DNA of 35,464 nucleotides from a virus (taxonomy: Duplodnaviria; Heunggongvirae; Uroviricota; Caudoviricetes): IMG/VR virus record IMGVR_UViG_3300036790_000223. One strand, given 5' to 3'. How positions within the stretch are numbered: the first letter of the stretch is position 1; every line of letters begins with the position of its first letter. Made by a program: the position numbers and the translations under genes. Shown piece by piece: positions 7,769 through 16,150 of the stretch. The notes beneath the pieces were generated by a model. It was not told where the DNA came from. It worked only from the letters and a program-made list of their open reading frames with translations, and did not search any database.

Positions 7769-8908
7769 ATGATGATCTTGTGGCACAGCAATGCCCCGTA
7801 CGCCTGTACGGGCTACGGGCAGCAGACTGCCTTGTGGCTGCCCCGGCTGCAGCAGTTGGGGCACGAGGTGGTTTCGTTTGCCCCCTCGGGCCACGCGGGG
7901 GCAGTGCTGAACTGGCAAGGCATCCCGGTCCTGCCTGCCTGGCGGGACGGGTTCGGAAGCGACATCCTGCTCGACCACTACAACAAGACGGGAGCGGACC
8001 TGCTGTTCACGCTGTGTGACAGCTACGCCCTGAACCCGCAGGTAATCGCGAAGTGCAACACCATGCACTGGGTGCCGATTGACTGTGCTCCGATGAACTC
8101 CCGGGAGCAGGCCAGCTTGCGCCATACCGGGGCGATGCCAGTGGCGATGTCTCAGTTCGGCAAGGCCCAGCTGCTGGCGGCTGGGTTCAGCCCGCGCTAC
8201 ATCCCGCACGGGATTGACTGCAGGATCTTCGCTCCGCCGGAGAGCCCCAAGGCTCAGCGTGACGTGGTTGGGGCGTCCGACGAGACGTTCTTGATCGGGC
8301 TCAACGCCTTCAACAAAGACGTCATGCGCAAGAGCTACCCAGAGCAGTTCCGGGCCTTCGCGGTGTTCCGCGAGCGGCACCCGGATTCCAAGCTGCTGGT
8401 GCATGCGGCGGTGGCTGACCCCTCAGCGGTTGACCTCAACGCCCTGGCCCGTGCGTGTGGCATCGAGAAGCACGTCTTCTTCCCTGACCAGTACGCCTAC
8501 GCCTGCGGCATGATGACATCCGAGAACATGGCCAGCTGGTACGGTGCGCTGGACCTGTACACAAACTGCTCCTACGGCGAGGGCTTCGGCATCCCGATCA
8601 TCGAGGCCCAAGCCTGCGGTGTGCCGGTGGTCGTCAGCGACGTGGCCTCGATGAGTGAGCTAGCTGGTCCAGGCTGGAAGGTCCCCACCGAGCCGTTCTG
8701 GGTGCCAGCGCACCAGGGCTGGTGGGGGCAGCCCGCCATGGCTGACATTGCCGATGCCTACGAGGCTGCCTGGCAGCTGCGTGAGGACGGCGGCATGGGC
8801 GCCCTGCGCCAGCAGTGCCGCGAGTTTGCGGTGAACTACGACGCCGACCACGTGCTCACCGAGTACTTTGAGCCAGTGCTGAAAGAGGCTGAAGCGAGCC
8901 TGCCGTAA
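7769..8908 (+). CDS. GT-B glycosyltransferase (GT4-like)
   Basis: Start moved to ATG 7769. N-terminal ILWHSNAP...TGYGQQT, central K..PE motif, and C-terminal EGFGIPIIEAQACGVPVVVSD GT4 signature. Confidence 0.9.
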   Translation: MMILWHSNAPYACTGYGQQTALWLPRLQQLGHEVVSFAPSGHAGAVLNWQGIPVLPAWRDGFGSDILLDHYNKTGADLLFTLCDSYALNPQVIAKCNTMHWVPIDCAPMNSREQASLRHTGAMPVAMSQFGKAQLLAAGFSPRYIPHGIDCRIFAPPESPKAQRDVVGASDETFLIGLNAFNKDVMRKSYPEQFRAFAVFRERHPDSKLLVHAAVADPSAVDLNALARACGIEKHVFFPDQYAYACGMMTSENMASWYGALDLYTNCSYGEGFGIPIIEAQACGVPVVVSDVASMSELAGPGWKVPTEPFWVPAHQGWWGQPAMADIADAYEAAWQLREDGGMGALRQQCREFAVNYDADHVLTEYFEPVLKEAEASLP

Positions 8909-9543
8909 TGGCCCCCCTGGTCACCGTGGTGACCGCCACCTGGGGACGGCCCCGCACCATCACCGATGTGGCGATTCCGTCGCTCGACGTGCAGACCTAC
9001 CCCGACATTCAGCACATCGTGGTCACCGATGGGCGAGACCCCGTGCTGAACGATGTGATGCTGAAGGCTGGCTACACCTGGGGCACGGGTAACCGGATGC
9101 TGGTGAACCTAGGCCGCAACTGGTCCCAGATTCACGGCGACGGTGGGGTCGGGGCTGTTCCGCGCCAGGTCGGCAGCCTGCTGGCGGCGGGTGAATACGT
9201 CTGCTACCTCGACGACGACAACACCTACCTGCCGCATCACATTGCCACCTTTGTGGCGGCGCTGGAGACCACCGGGGCGGACTTCGCCACCAGCCGCTGG
9301 TACCTGGGCGGTACGCACGCTCAGCCTTCGGGCAGCGCACCGCCACGCCGGGGTGAGACCGACACCAACGCCATCATGCACCGGGCCATGATCCTGAAGC
9401 ACGGCGGCTGGCAGCCTGACGGCTACGAGTCAGACGGCGCACTGGTGGAGCGGTGGATCGCGGCCGGGTGCCGCTGGACCTTTGTGGACGAGCCCACTGT
9501 GGTCGTGTGGTCACACCGGATGGGGGCAGCAGATGGGATATGA
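8908..9543 (+). CDS. GT-A glycosyltransferase (GT2-like)
   Basis: LVTVVTATWGRP...IVVTDG...GEYVCYLDDDN (DxD motif)...D. Start overlaps the upstream stop codon. Confidence 0.85.
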   Translation: MAPLVTVVTATWGRPRTITDVAIPSLDVQTYPDIQHIVVTDGRDPVLNDVMLKAGYTWGTGNRMLVNLGRNWSQIHGDGGVGAVPRQVGSLLAAGEYVCYLDDDNTYLPHHIATFVAALETTGADFATSRWYLGGTHAQPSGSAPPRRGETDTNAIMHRAMILKHGGWQPDGYESDGALVERWIAAGCRWTFVDEPTVVVWSHRMGAADGI

Positions 9544-10243
9544 GGGGTACGCCTACGGGCTAGAGCGCGCCACCACTACGGCGGTCGGTTTGCGCCTGCC
9601 TGCTTTCACTGCGGCCGAGCTGGGCGTGGCGGGCGGCCATGGGCTTATCGAGCTGGAAAACATGGCTGCGGAGCAGGAGCACCGGGGCGTCCAGATCACC
9701 GTCGCCGGGTTTGACCGGGCTGTGGGATTGCCCCATTCGAGCGACTACCGTGACCTCGGGTATGTGTGGCGTGGCGGCTTCTTCACCATGAATGAGCCAC
9801 TGCTGCGGGAGCACATGCGGCCCGAGACACAGCTGATGATCGGTGAGATAGAGGCCATCCTCGCTGCCTTCATGGTTGCCGAGCAGCCCCCCATCGGGTT
9901 CTTGGCGTTCGACCTGGACTACTACTCCTCCACCATGAAGGCACTGAACACCCTCGGCATGGCCCCTGTCCAGCGGTTCTTGCCCCGGGTGATGTGCTTC
10001 TTTGACGACACGGTGGGCTTCCACGACGAGTACCACTGTGACTTCGTCGGGGAGCTGGCCGCAATAGCCGAGTTCAACGCTACTCACCGTTACCGCAAGA
10101 TGGCCAAACTGAACGGCCTGCACTTGAAGCCGAGGATTGACGGTGCGGCCTGGGCTGAGGGCATCTATGTGCTGCACCTGTTTGATCACCCTCGCTACAG
10201 CGACTACGTGCTCAATGAGGTTGACAGGCAGCTACCGCTGTGA
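9533..10243 (+). CDS. TylF/MycF-like sugar O-methyltransferase
   Basis: Start moved to ATG 9533. Motifs ELGVAGGHG, GFD...GLP, FDLDYYSST..AL and FFDD match the TylF/NovP class of SAM-dependent sugar O-methyltransferases. Confidence 0.65.
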   Translation: MGYEGYAYGLERATTTAVGLRLPAFTAAELGVAGGHGLIELENMAAEQEHRGVQITVAGFDRAVGLPHSSDYRDLGYVWRGGFFTMNEPLLREHMRPETQLMIGEIEAILAAFMVAEQPPIGFLAFDLDYYSSTMKALNTLGMAPVQRFLPRVMCFFDDTVGFHDEYHCDFVGELAAIAEFNATHRYRKMAKLNGLHLKPRIDGAAWAEGIYVLHLFDHPRYSDYVLNEVDRQLPL

Positions 10244-11088
10244 AGGCGCTGGTGACCGGCAGTGCGGGGTTCATCGGGGGCCATGTCGCTGCAGCTCTGG
10301 AGCAGGCCAGCTGGTCAGTGACCGGAGCAGACATCGAGACCGGTACCGATGTGCGTCGTCTGCCGGTTGCCAGCTACGACCTGGTGGTGCATTGTGCAGC
10401 GGTGGTCGGCGGGCGGCGCGTGGTGGAGCTGGCTCCGCTGGAGCACGCAGCCAACCTGGCCATTGACGCGAGCCTGTTCGAGTGGGCTGCGGTCAGCCAG
10501 CCTGGCCGGGTGGTGTACTTTTCCTCCTCTTGCGCCTACCCGGCGAAGCTCTCCAGCACGCCGGGGCGGCTGCAGGAAGCCGAGATTGACCCCTACAGTC
10601 CACGCTGGCCCGACGAGCTGTACGGGTGGACGAAGCTGACCGGTGAGCTGGTGGCCGGTGTGGCGGCAGACGCTGGCATCCCGGTCAGCATCGTGCGGCC
10701 CTTCAGTGTCTACGGACCAGGGATGAAGGATGGCTTCGCCATCACGTCGTTCACCGACCAGATCCGCCGCAGGGCTGACCCCGTGGAAATCTGGGGACCC
10801 GGCACTCAGGTGCGTGACTTTATTCATGTGCGTGACGTAGCTCGCGCTGTGCTGGCCATGGCGGAGCAAGGCATCGACGGGCCGGTGAACCTGGGGACTG
10901 GGCGGGGCACCTCCCTGGTCAATCTGGTGCATATGATGGGCGATGCCGCCGGGTACGGCCCGGCCGTGTGCACCCAGAAAGGGATGCCTGCAGGGTTGCC
11001 GTGCCTGGTGGCCGACCCATCTTTGCTGCGCTCGTTCTGCGCTCCAGCCGTGAAGCTGGAGGACTACTTTGCTGAGGTGCTGGCGTGA
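10240..11088 (+). CDS. NAD-dependent NDP-sugar epimerase/reductase (GDP-mannose 3,5-epimerase / GDP-fucose synthase-like)
   Basis: GSAGFIG Rossmann motif, HCAAVVGG, SSSCAYP (carrying the Cys used by 3,5-epimerising enzymes) and YGWTK (YxxxK). Confidence 0.85.
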   Translation: MKALVTGSAGFIGGHVAAALEQASWSVTGADIETGTDVRRLPVASYDLVVHCAAVVGGRRVVELAPLEHAANLAIDASLFEWAAVSQPGRVVYFSSSCAYPAKLSSTPGRLQEAEIDPYSPRWPDELYGWTKLTGELVAGVAADAGIPVSIVRPFSVYGPGMKDGFAITSFTDQIRRRADPVEIWGPGTQVRDFIHVRDVARAVLAMAEQGIDGPVNLGTGRGTSLVNLVHMMGDAAGYGPAVCTQKGMPAGLPCLVADPSLLRSFCAPAVKLEDYFAEVLA

Positions 11089-12086
11089 AGGTTTTTGTCT
11101 CTGGGGTTGCCGGATTCATCGGCTCCCAGCTGGCCCGCCACGCCATCACTGAGGGCTGGACCGTTACCGGGATTGACTCCATGCTGTCAGGCGACGAGGC
11201 TAACGTCCCGGCGGAGGCGCGCTGGATGCGCTCCACCTGCCAGGCGGTCACCCACTACCGGCAGTTCCTGAGGGACGCCGACGTGGTGGTGCATTGCGCT
11301 GCCGCCCCCTACGAGGGACTGAGCGTGTTCAGCCCGCAGCTGGTATATGAGCACACGCTGATGTCCACGGTGGCGTTGGTACGGGCGTCTATCGCTGCCG
11401 GGGTGAAGCGCTTTGTGTTCTGCTCCTCGATGTCGCGCTACGGTGCCCAGGGTGTCCCGTTCCGTGAGGAGATGGACACCGCTCCGGTCGATCCCTACGG
11501 CTGCGCTAAGGTAGCCGCTGAAGAGGCCGTGAAGACCATCTGCCGCTTGCACGGGCTGGAGTGGGTCATCGTCGTGCCGCACAACGTGTACGGGCCAGGC
11601 CAGAAATACTGGGACCCCTACCGCAACGTGGCCGCCATCATGATCAACCGGGTGCTGAGCGGGAAGCCACCTATCATCTACGGCGACGGCTACCAGCGGC
11701 GCTGCTTGTCTTACATTGGCGACGTGGTCCCGGCCCTGGCCCAGGCGTGCACCTCCCGCTACGCCCACGGCGAGGTGTTCAACCTTGGCCCATCGGGTGA
11801 CGGTGAGACCATCACCGACCTGGCCACCCTGATCCTCGATGTCACCGGCTCCGATCTGGAGCCGCAGTACATGCCTCCCCGGCCCGCCGAGGTCCACTTC
11901 GCTACGTGCGATTGCTCTAAGTCGGCTGCCATGCTGGGCTACGAGCCCACCTGGGACCTGCGGGACGGGCTGGAGAAGCTGGCAGCCTGGATCGGGGAGC
12001 GGGGTCCCCGGCCGTTTACCTACCACCTGCCCATCGAGTTGCCTACTGATCAGACCCCGCGTACGTGGACTGAGAGGCTGATGTGA
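11085..12086 (+). CDS. NAD-dependent NDP-sugar epimerase/dehydratase (UDP-glucose 4-epimerase-like)
   Basis: GVAGFIG, HCAA, CSSMSRYG, PYGCAK (YxxxK), HNVYGPGQ and GDG.QRR motifs of extended SDRs. Confidence 0.88.
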   Translation: MKVFVSGVAGFIGSQLARHAITEGWTVTGIDSMLSGDEANVPAEARWMRSTCQAVTHYRQFLRDADVVVHCAAAPYEGLSVFSPQLVYEHTLMSTVALVRASIAAGVKRFVFCSSMSRYGAQGVPFREEMDTAPVDPYGCAKVAAEEAVKTICRLHGLEWVIVVPHNVYGPGQKYWDPYRNVAAIMINRVLSGKPPIIYGDGYQRRCLSYIGDVVPALAQACTSRYAHGEVFNLGPSGDGETITDLATLILDVTGSDLEPQYMPPRPAEVHFATCDCSKSAAMLGYEPTWDLRDGLEKLAAWIGERGPRPFTYHLPIELPTDQTPRTWTERLM

Positions 12087-12238
12087 GCGACACCCAGCTC
12101 AATCATGCTGGGAAGTGGGTGCCAGCCATCCCGCTGCCGCTGTACGGGCTGCGTAAGCGCTGCCATTGCGGTGCCAGGTTCTGGACGATGGCGGGTTACG
12201 ATGGCCACTACGCCCTAGCACACATTCTGGAGCTGTGA
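12083..12238 (+). CDS. 51-aa C2H2-type zinc-finger mini-protein (not in ORF track)
   Basis: GTG overlaps the upstream TGA and the stop abuts the next ATG. Translation MSDTQLNHAGKWVPAIPLPLYGLRKRCHCGARFWTMAGYDGHYALAHILEL contains CxC-x10-H-x4-H. Confidence 0.6.
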   Translation: MSDTQLNHAGKWVPAIPLPLYGLRKRCHCGARFWTMAGYDGHYALAHILEL

Positions 12239-12940
12239 ATGGCCAATATGTGCGTGATTGTGCCCACGCGCGAGAGAGCACCCAGCCTGGCCCGGTTTAC
12301 CGCTGCGGCTGGCCGCACCATGAGCGGTGACACTGAGTTGCTGTTCGTCATGGACGACGACGACCCGCTGCTAGATGACAACCGCAAGGCCGTGGGTGAG
12401 TGGGAAGTCATGACCTTGCCCCGGCAGTTCCTGGTGCCGAAGATGAACCACGCTGCCATGCGCAAGGTCACCGACTACCGGGTGCTGATGTTTCTGGGGG
12501 ACGACGTTCTGCCGATCACCCCGGGCTGGGATGCCTCTATCGTGGCCGCTATCGACGCCCTGGGCAGCGGCTACGCCTACCCGAACGACCTGCTGCGGGC
12601 GGACATTCCCGAGCACGTAGCCATCTCCAGCGACATCGTCTCGGCGCTGGGCTGGATGGCGTGCCCCGCGATGGACCACTTCTACATCGACAACGCCTGG
12701 GCTGACCTGGGCCACGGTGCGGGGTGCCTCACCTACTGTGAGGACGTAGTGATGGAGCACCTGCACTGGACACTGGGTAAGTCACCCCGTGACCACGTGA
12801 ACAACATGGCCATAGCCCGAGGTGGCCACGATCAGATCAAGTACCAGGAATGGCGCGACACCCGGCTGGCTGCTGACCTGGAAACCGTACGGGGGGTACG
12901 CGATGGCAAAGAAGCCCGTTCTCAAGGTGCGGTGCCCTAA
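12239..12940 (+). CDS. GT-A glycosyltransferase (GT2-like)
   Basis: CVIVPTRER...FVMDDDD...FLGDD (DxD-type)...HFYID...EHLH pattern. Confidence 0.82.
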   Translation: MANMCVIVPTRERAPSLARFTAAAGRTMSGDTELLFVMDDDDPLLDDNRKAVGEWEVMTLPRQFLVPKMNHAAMRKVTDYRVLMFLGDDVLPITPGWDASIVAAIDALGSGYAYPNDLLRADIPEHVAISSDIVSALGWMACPAMDHFYIDNAWADLGHGAGCLTYCEDVVMEHLHWTLGKSPRDHVNNMAIARGGHDQIKYQEWRDTRLAADLETVRGVRDGKEARSQGAVP

Positions 12941-12977
12941 GCATGGCTGGGTGACCGTGCCGCACAAGTGCACGTAG
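12903..12977 (+). CDS. possible 24-aa basic Cys/His microprotein
   Basis: ATG after a GGGGG tract. Translation MAKKPVLKVRCPKHGWVTVPHKCT. It overlaps the glycosyltransferase tail by 38 nt and ends exactly at the stop of the convergent gene. Confidence 0.3.
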   Translation: MAKKPVLKVRCPKHGWVTVPHKCT

Positions 12978-13301
12978 CTACCGCTGCTTGTTCTGCTTCT
13001 CCAGGTAGGCGGTGTATTCGGGGTCGTCCCGCTTGTGGGCGTAGGTCAGTTCCAGCTCCCGCATCCGGTGCTTGTGGGCCTGGCGCTTCTCGAAGGCACG
13101 GATGAACGGGGCAAACGGGTTCTTGATATGGCCGGTCGCTATCCCGGCACAGGTGAACAGGATGACGATCAGTGTGAACAGCGCACCGACCCCAAACATC
13201 CACCCATGCAGGACCTCGCTGTAGTGCGCTGCAGGGCTTAGCGTCGGTGGTGGCTTCCTGCCTAGCAGGTTGCGGCACAGCTTAGCTATCTCAGTGTCCA
13301 T
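12978..13301 (-). CDS. single-pass membrane protein, antisense insertion
   Basis: RBS AAGGA repeated upstream, hydrophobic span WMFGVGALFTLIVILFTCAGIA, charged C-terminal helix, and TATAAT on the minus strand at 13333-13328. Confidence 0.7.
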   Translation of the reverse strand: MDTEIAKLCRNLLGRKPPPTLSPAAHYSEVLHGWMFGVGALFTLIVILFTCAGIATGHIKNPFAPFIRAFEKRQAHKHRMRELELTYAHKRDDPEYTAYLEKQNKQR

Positions 13302-13345
13302 TTCCTTTTTCCTTTTCTTCCGGCCTGATTATACCTGGGGGATTC

Positions 13346-13618
13346 ATGCCGCAAGTACAGCTGCCGGTGGGCTGCAACTCGCTCAAGTTCCCAGACGGGA
13401 AAGAGTACTACGGCAAGCGCAGCGGCCACGTGAACGTAGACGACGACCACGCCAAGATGATCGCCCGCTCGTCCAACGGCCGAGCAGGCATCATCAACGG
13501 CTCGCTGACGGCAGCCATCGGCACGAAAGCTGGCCGGTGGTGTACCGAGTGCATCCGGCTCTGGCAGAGCTGGAGTAAGACCTGCCCTAAATGCGGCAGG
13601 GAGACTGAAGAGGAGTAA
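13346..13618 (+). CDS. hypothetical protein with C-terminal zinc ribbon
   Basis: 90 aa with CTEC...CPKCG. Tightly packed with the next gene. Confidence 0.72.
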   Translation: MPQVQLPVGCNSLKFPDGKEYYGKRSGHVNVDDDHAKMIARSSNGRAGIINGSLTAAIGTKAGRWCTECIRLWQSWSKTCPKCGRETEEE

Positions 13619-13620
13619 GC

Positions 13621-14244
13621 ATGGCCGTGTACGCCCGCAGTGACGTGATGAGCGTTGCTGTTCCCCGCGATAGCGGAGGCTGTGGGAACACCCACAGCCG
13701 ACCCGTTATCCAGGGAGCCCCGGTCAAGATCTGGAAGCTCGATTGCCCTCTGTGCTCAGGGCACCTGATGGCCGACATCAAGTCGTCCACGGTGAGCTGG
13801 ACCGACAAAGACCGGGTGAAGCACGAGTACAACACCAGCACCTGGTCTGCGACCCCGGAGCAGATCCCGCAAACCCCAGACGAAGAGCGTCACAGCACAG
13901 ACATGGAAAAGCGTGGTGGCGAGGCCATGGCCCGCTCGATGCAGGGCATGGCGATGGCCCTGGCGCAGCAGAACATGGGGCAGCTGGCGACGGACTCACA
14001 GACAGCGGTGGCTGCTGCTGCGGCGCAGAACGCAGCCGAAGAGAAGGCCGAGCTGCTGGAGCGGATCGCCAAGCTGGAGCACCTGATCAACGGCAACGGC
14101 CACGTCGAGCGAGAAGAGCGGCCAAAGGTGACCAAGCCAGCTCCCCGGGCGGTCCCCAGTGCGGGGAGCTGCATTGTGTGCGGGTCCCCCACCCGCGACA
14201 AGCCTAAGGGACCCGCACCTAAGCGGTGTGCTGAGCATCGGTAG
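13621..14244 (+). CDS. hypothetical protein with two Cys clusters and a coiled-coil
   Basis: RBS GAGGAG. Motifs GGCG..H...CPLC, coiled-coil AEEKAELLERIAKLE, and C-terminal CIVCG...RCAEH. Confidence 0.72.
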   Translation: MAVYARSDVMSVAVPRDSGGCGNTHSRPVIQGAPVKIWKLDCPLCSGHLMADIKSSTVSWTDKDRVKHEYNTSTWSATPEQIPQTPDEERHSTDMEKRGGEAMARSMQGMAMALAQQNMGQLATDSQTAVAAAAAQNAAEEKAELLERIAKLEHLINGNGHVEREERPKVTKPAPRAVPSAGSCIVCGSPTRDKPKGPAPKRCAEHR

Positions 14245-14422
14245 GGCCGGAAGGGACGCGGCTAGCTCTGTCGGACTGGGGGCGCCGGTGGCCAGGTTCG
14301 GGATGTCAGAGCCTGTTCGGCCGCAGGGCTGACTAGGCAGGGAGTGGATAGTCGGGCGTCGGTGCTCCCCCATTCGGGGGCCTGAGCGCGCGTGAGATCA
14401 ATCCTAACGCGGGAGGTGGGGT

Positions 14423-15355
14423 GTGGCGGTCTACGGCCCGGGAACCCCCTACGTGACGCCACAGCTGCTGCTCAACGCTCCCACGGGCATCTCCTGGAAG
14501 ACCATCCCGTCGCCCAAGGCTGCCACCGCTGAGCAATACGCCGAGCAGATCAACATCTGCGCTCGTGCCTCCTCCATGGTGGATACCGCCTGTAACAACA
14601 TCATCCGGGCCACCGTAGACACCGAGACCCAGTACGGGCCGGACTACTACATGACCATCAATAACCAGACGTTTGTCGGTAAGATCGTCCTGCAGCGCTC
14701 GCCCGTGATCGCGGTGCTGGGTGGGCAGTGGAACGCAGCCGGGACCTTTCCGCCGGACTGGCAGCCGCTGACCGCTGAGCAGTTCGCTATTGAGCGGCCG
14801 ATCATCGGCCTGTATGGCACCTCGGCGCCATCGGATGCTGGTGAAGGTGGCCAGGGGGTGCTGATCCAGCCGGGGATCTTGACCTGGGCCTACGGGCGTA
14901 ACGGCATCGCGCTGCAGGTCACCTACGTCAATGGCTGGCCACACACCTCGCTGACCGCCGAGGTCAGCGCCGGGGACTCCACGCTGGCCGTAGACGACGT
15001 CACCGGCTGGGCTCCGGTTGCCTCCGGGGGCCAGGGAGCCTGCGGCGTGCTGAAGGACTCCGCTGACCAGGAGAGCGTGACCGTAGCAGCAGCCAGCGCG
15101 ACATCCGGGCCGGGCATCGTGACCCTCACCACGCCACTGCAGTTTGGCCATGGGGCTGGGGTGGTGCTCACCACCATCCCCGAGCAGCTGCAGCAGGCGA
15201 CAATCTTGTTTGCGGTCAGCCAGGCCCTGACCCGGGGCGCCACCGCCACCACCATCCAGAACATCGCAGGCACCGGCCAGGCGACAGCATCGGGCTCTGA
15301 TGCACTGGACGCTGCGGCTCGTGCGCTGTGCAAGCCGTACGCTCGCGTCTGGTAG
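14423..15355 (+). CDS. head-to-tail adaptor/connector with inserted beta domain
   Basis: RBS GGGAGG. gp6-like layout: N-terminal YVT helix, ASSMVD..C, VTYVNGW, then IPEQLQQATIL. Position between head and tail genes. Confidence 0.65.
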   Translation: MAVYGPGTPYVTPQLLLNAPTGISWKTIPSPKAATAEQYAEQINICARASSMVDTACNNIIRATVDTETQYGPDYYMTINNQTFVGKIVLQRSPVIAVLGGQWNAAGTFPPDWQPLTAEQFAIERPIIGLYGTSAPSDAGEGGQGVLIQPGILTWAYGRNGIALQVTYVNGWPHTSLTAEVSAGDSTLAVDDVTGWAPVASGGQGACGVLKDSADQESVTVAAASATSGPGIVTLTTPLQFGHGAGVVLTTIPEQLQQATILFAVSQALTRGATATTIQNIAGTGQATASGSDALDAAARALCKPYARVW

Positions 15356-15364
15356 GAGAACCGG

Positions 15365-15496
15365 GTGAAGCCTGAAACCAGGATGCAGGTCGTCCGTAAG
15401 CAGGCCCGGCGAGACCGGGAGCGGCGCCTGCGCGAGGAGCAGGAGCGCAAGGAGCGGGAGCGCCGCATCCGGGCTCAGCTGCGGAAGGGCCACTGA
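15365..15496 (+). CDS. 43-aa highly charged helical mini-protein (not in ORF track)
   Basis: GTG after AGGAG. Translation MKPETRMQVVRKQARRDRERRLREEQERKERERRIRAQLRKGH. The stop abuts the next start. Confidence 0.5.
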   Translation: MKPETRMQVVRKQARRDRERRLREEQERKERERRIRAQLRKGH

Positions 15497-15997
15497 GTGC
15501 CGCTGAACAGCACGCAGCTGTGGATCAAGGGACTGCTGGACGGGCTGATCGTCCCCGGCAACGCCAACACCCTGCAGGCGTACATCACGCCGCTGGACCC
15601 GTACGAAGAAGACAACCCCGCTGCCTACATCTGGCCCACCTCAGGCAACGAAGACCGCCAGGCCATGCCCCGGGTCAATGCGGCCCCCGGCATCGGCGCA
15701 GGCTGGAAGACCCTGACCCACGAGCTGGCCATCTGGCTGACCTGGTTTAACGACGAGTCCGATCCCGACGCTGACATCAGCTTCCCGGCTGTGATCGACG
15801 TGGTGATGTTCACGCTGCGCTCCAGCGCCAACCCAGCGGTGATCTACGACCCGCTGACCGGGGTCGGCAGCCAGCTGATCGACGTTGGGGAGCGGATGAA
15901 CTGGCGGTTTGCCGGGATTCGCGCCACCGCCGACCAGCGGTGGAACCGTTACGACGCGGAGATCACAGCCACAATTATCGAGGAGCTTCAGTCGTAA
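15497..15997 (+). CDS. probable tail terminator/completion protein
   Basis: 166-aa acidic protein directly before the tail tube gene, with the PAAYIWP...L.IWL...F..VID.V...LR pattern. Confidence 0.55.
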   Translation: MPLNSTQLWIKGLLDGLIVPGNANTLQAYITPLDPYEEDNPAAYIWPTSGNEDRQAMPRVNAAPGIGAGWKTLTHELAIWLTWFNDESDPDADISFPAVIDVVMFTLRSSANPAVIYDPLTGVGSQLIDVGERMNWRFAGIRATADQRWNRYDAEITATIIEELQS

Positions 15998-16150
15998 CGG
16001 CCTGGGAAGGGCTGGCTAGCGGAGTCGGAACGGGACAGCTTGGGGACAGGCAAGTCGCGCCCTGGATTGTCGTAGAAAGATGTGCGGCGGTGCCTACGCC
16101 CTGCGCGCGCTCATTTAGGTAGCTTACTAGATCATCCTTTGGAGGATGGC

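Noticed and set aside
14242-14268. AGGGCCGGAAGGGACGCGGC resembling SRP RNA helix 8
   Set aside because: The GGAA tetraloop is present, but the conserved internal-loop bases and flanking pairing do not match. Probably chance.
15998-16150. 153-nt gap before the tail tube gene as an RNA element or promoter
   Set aside because: I could not find a convincing stem, promoter pair or ORF.
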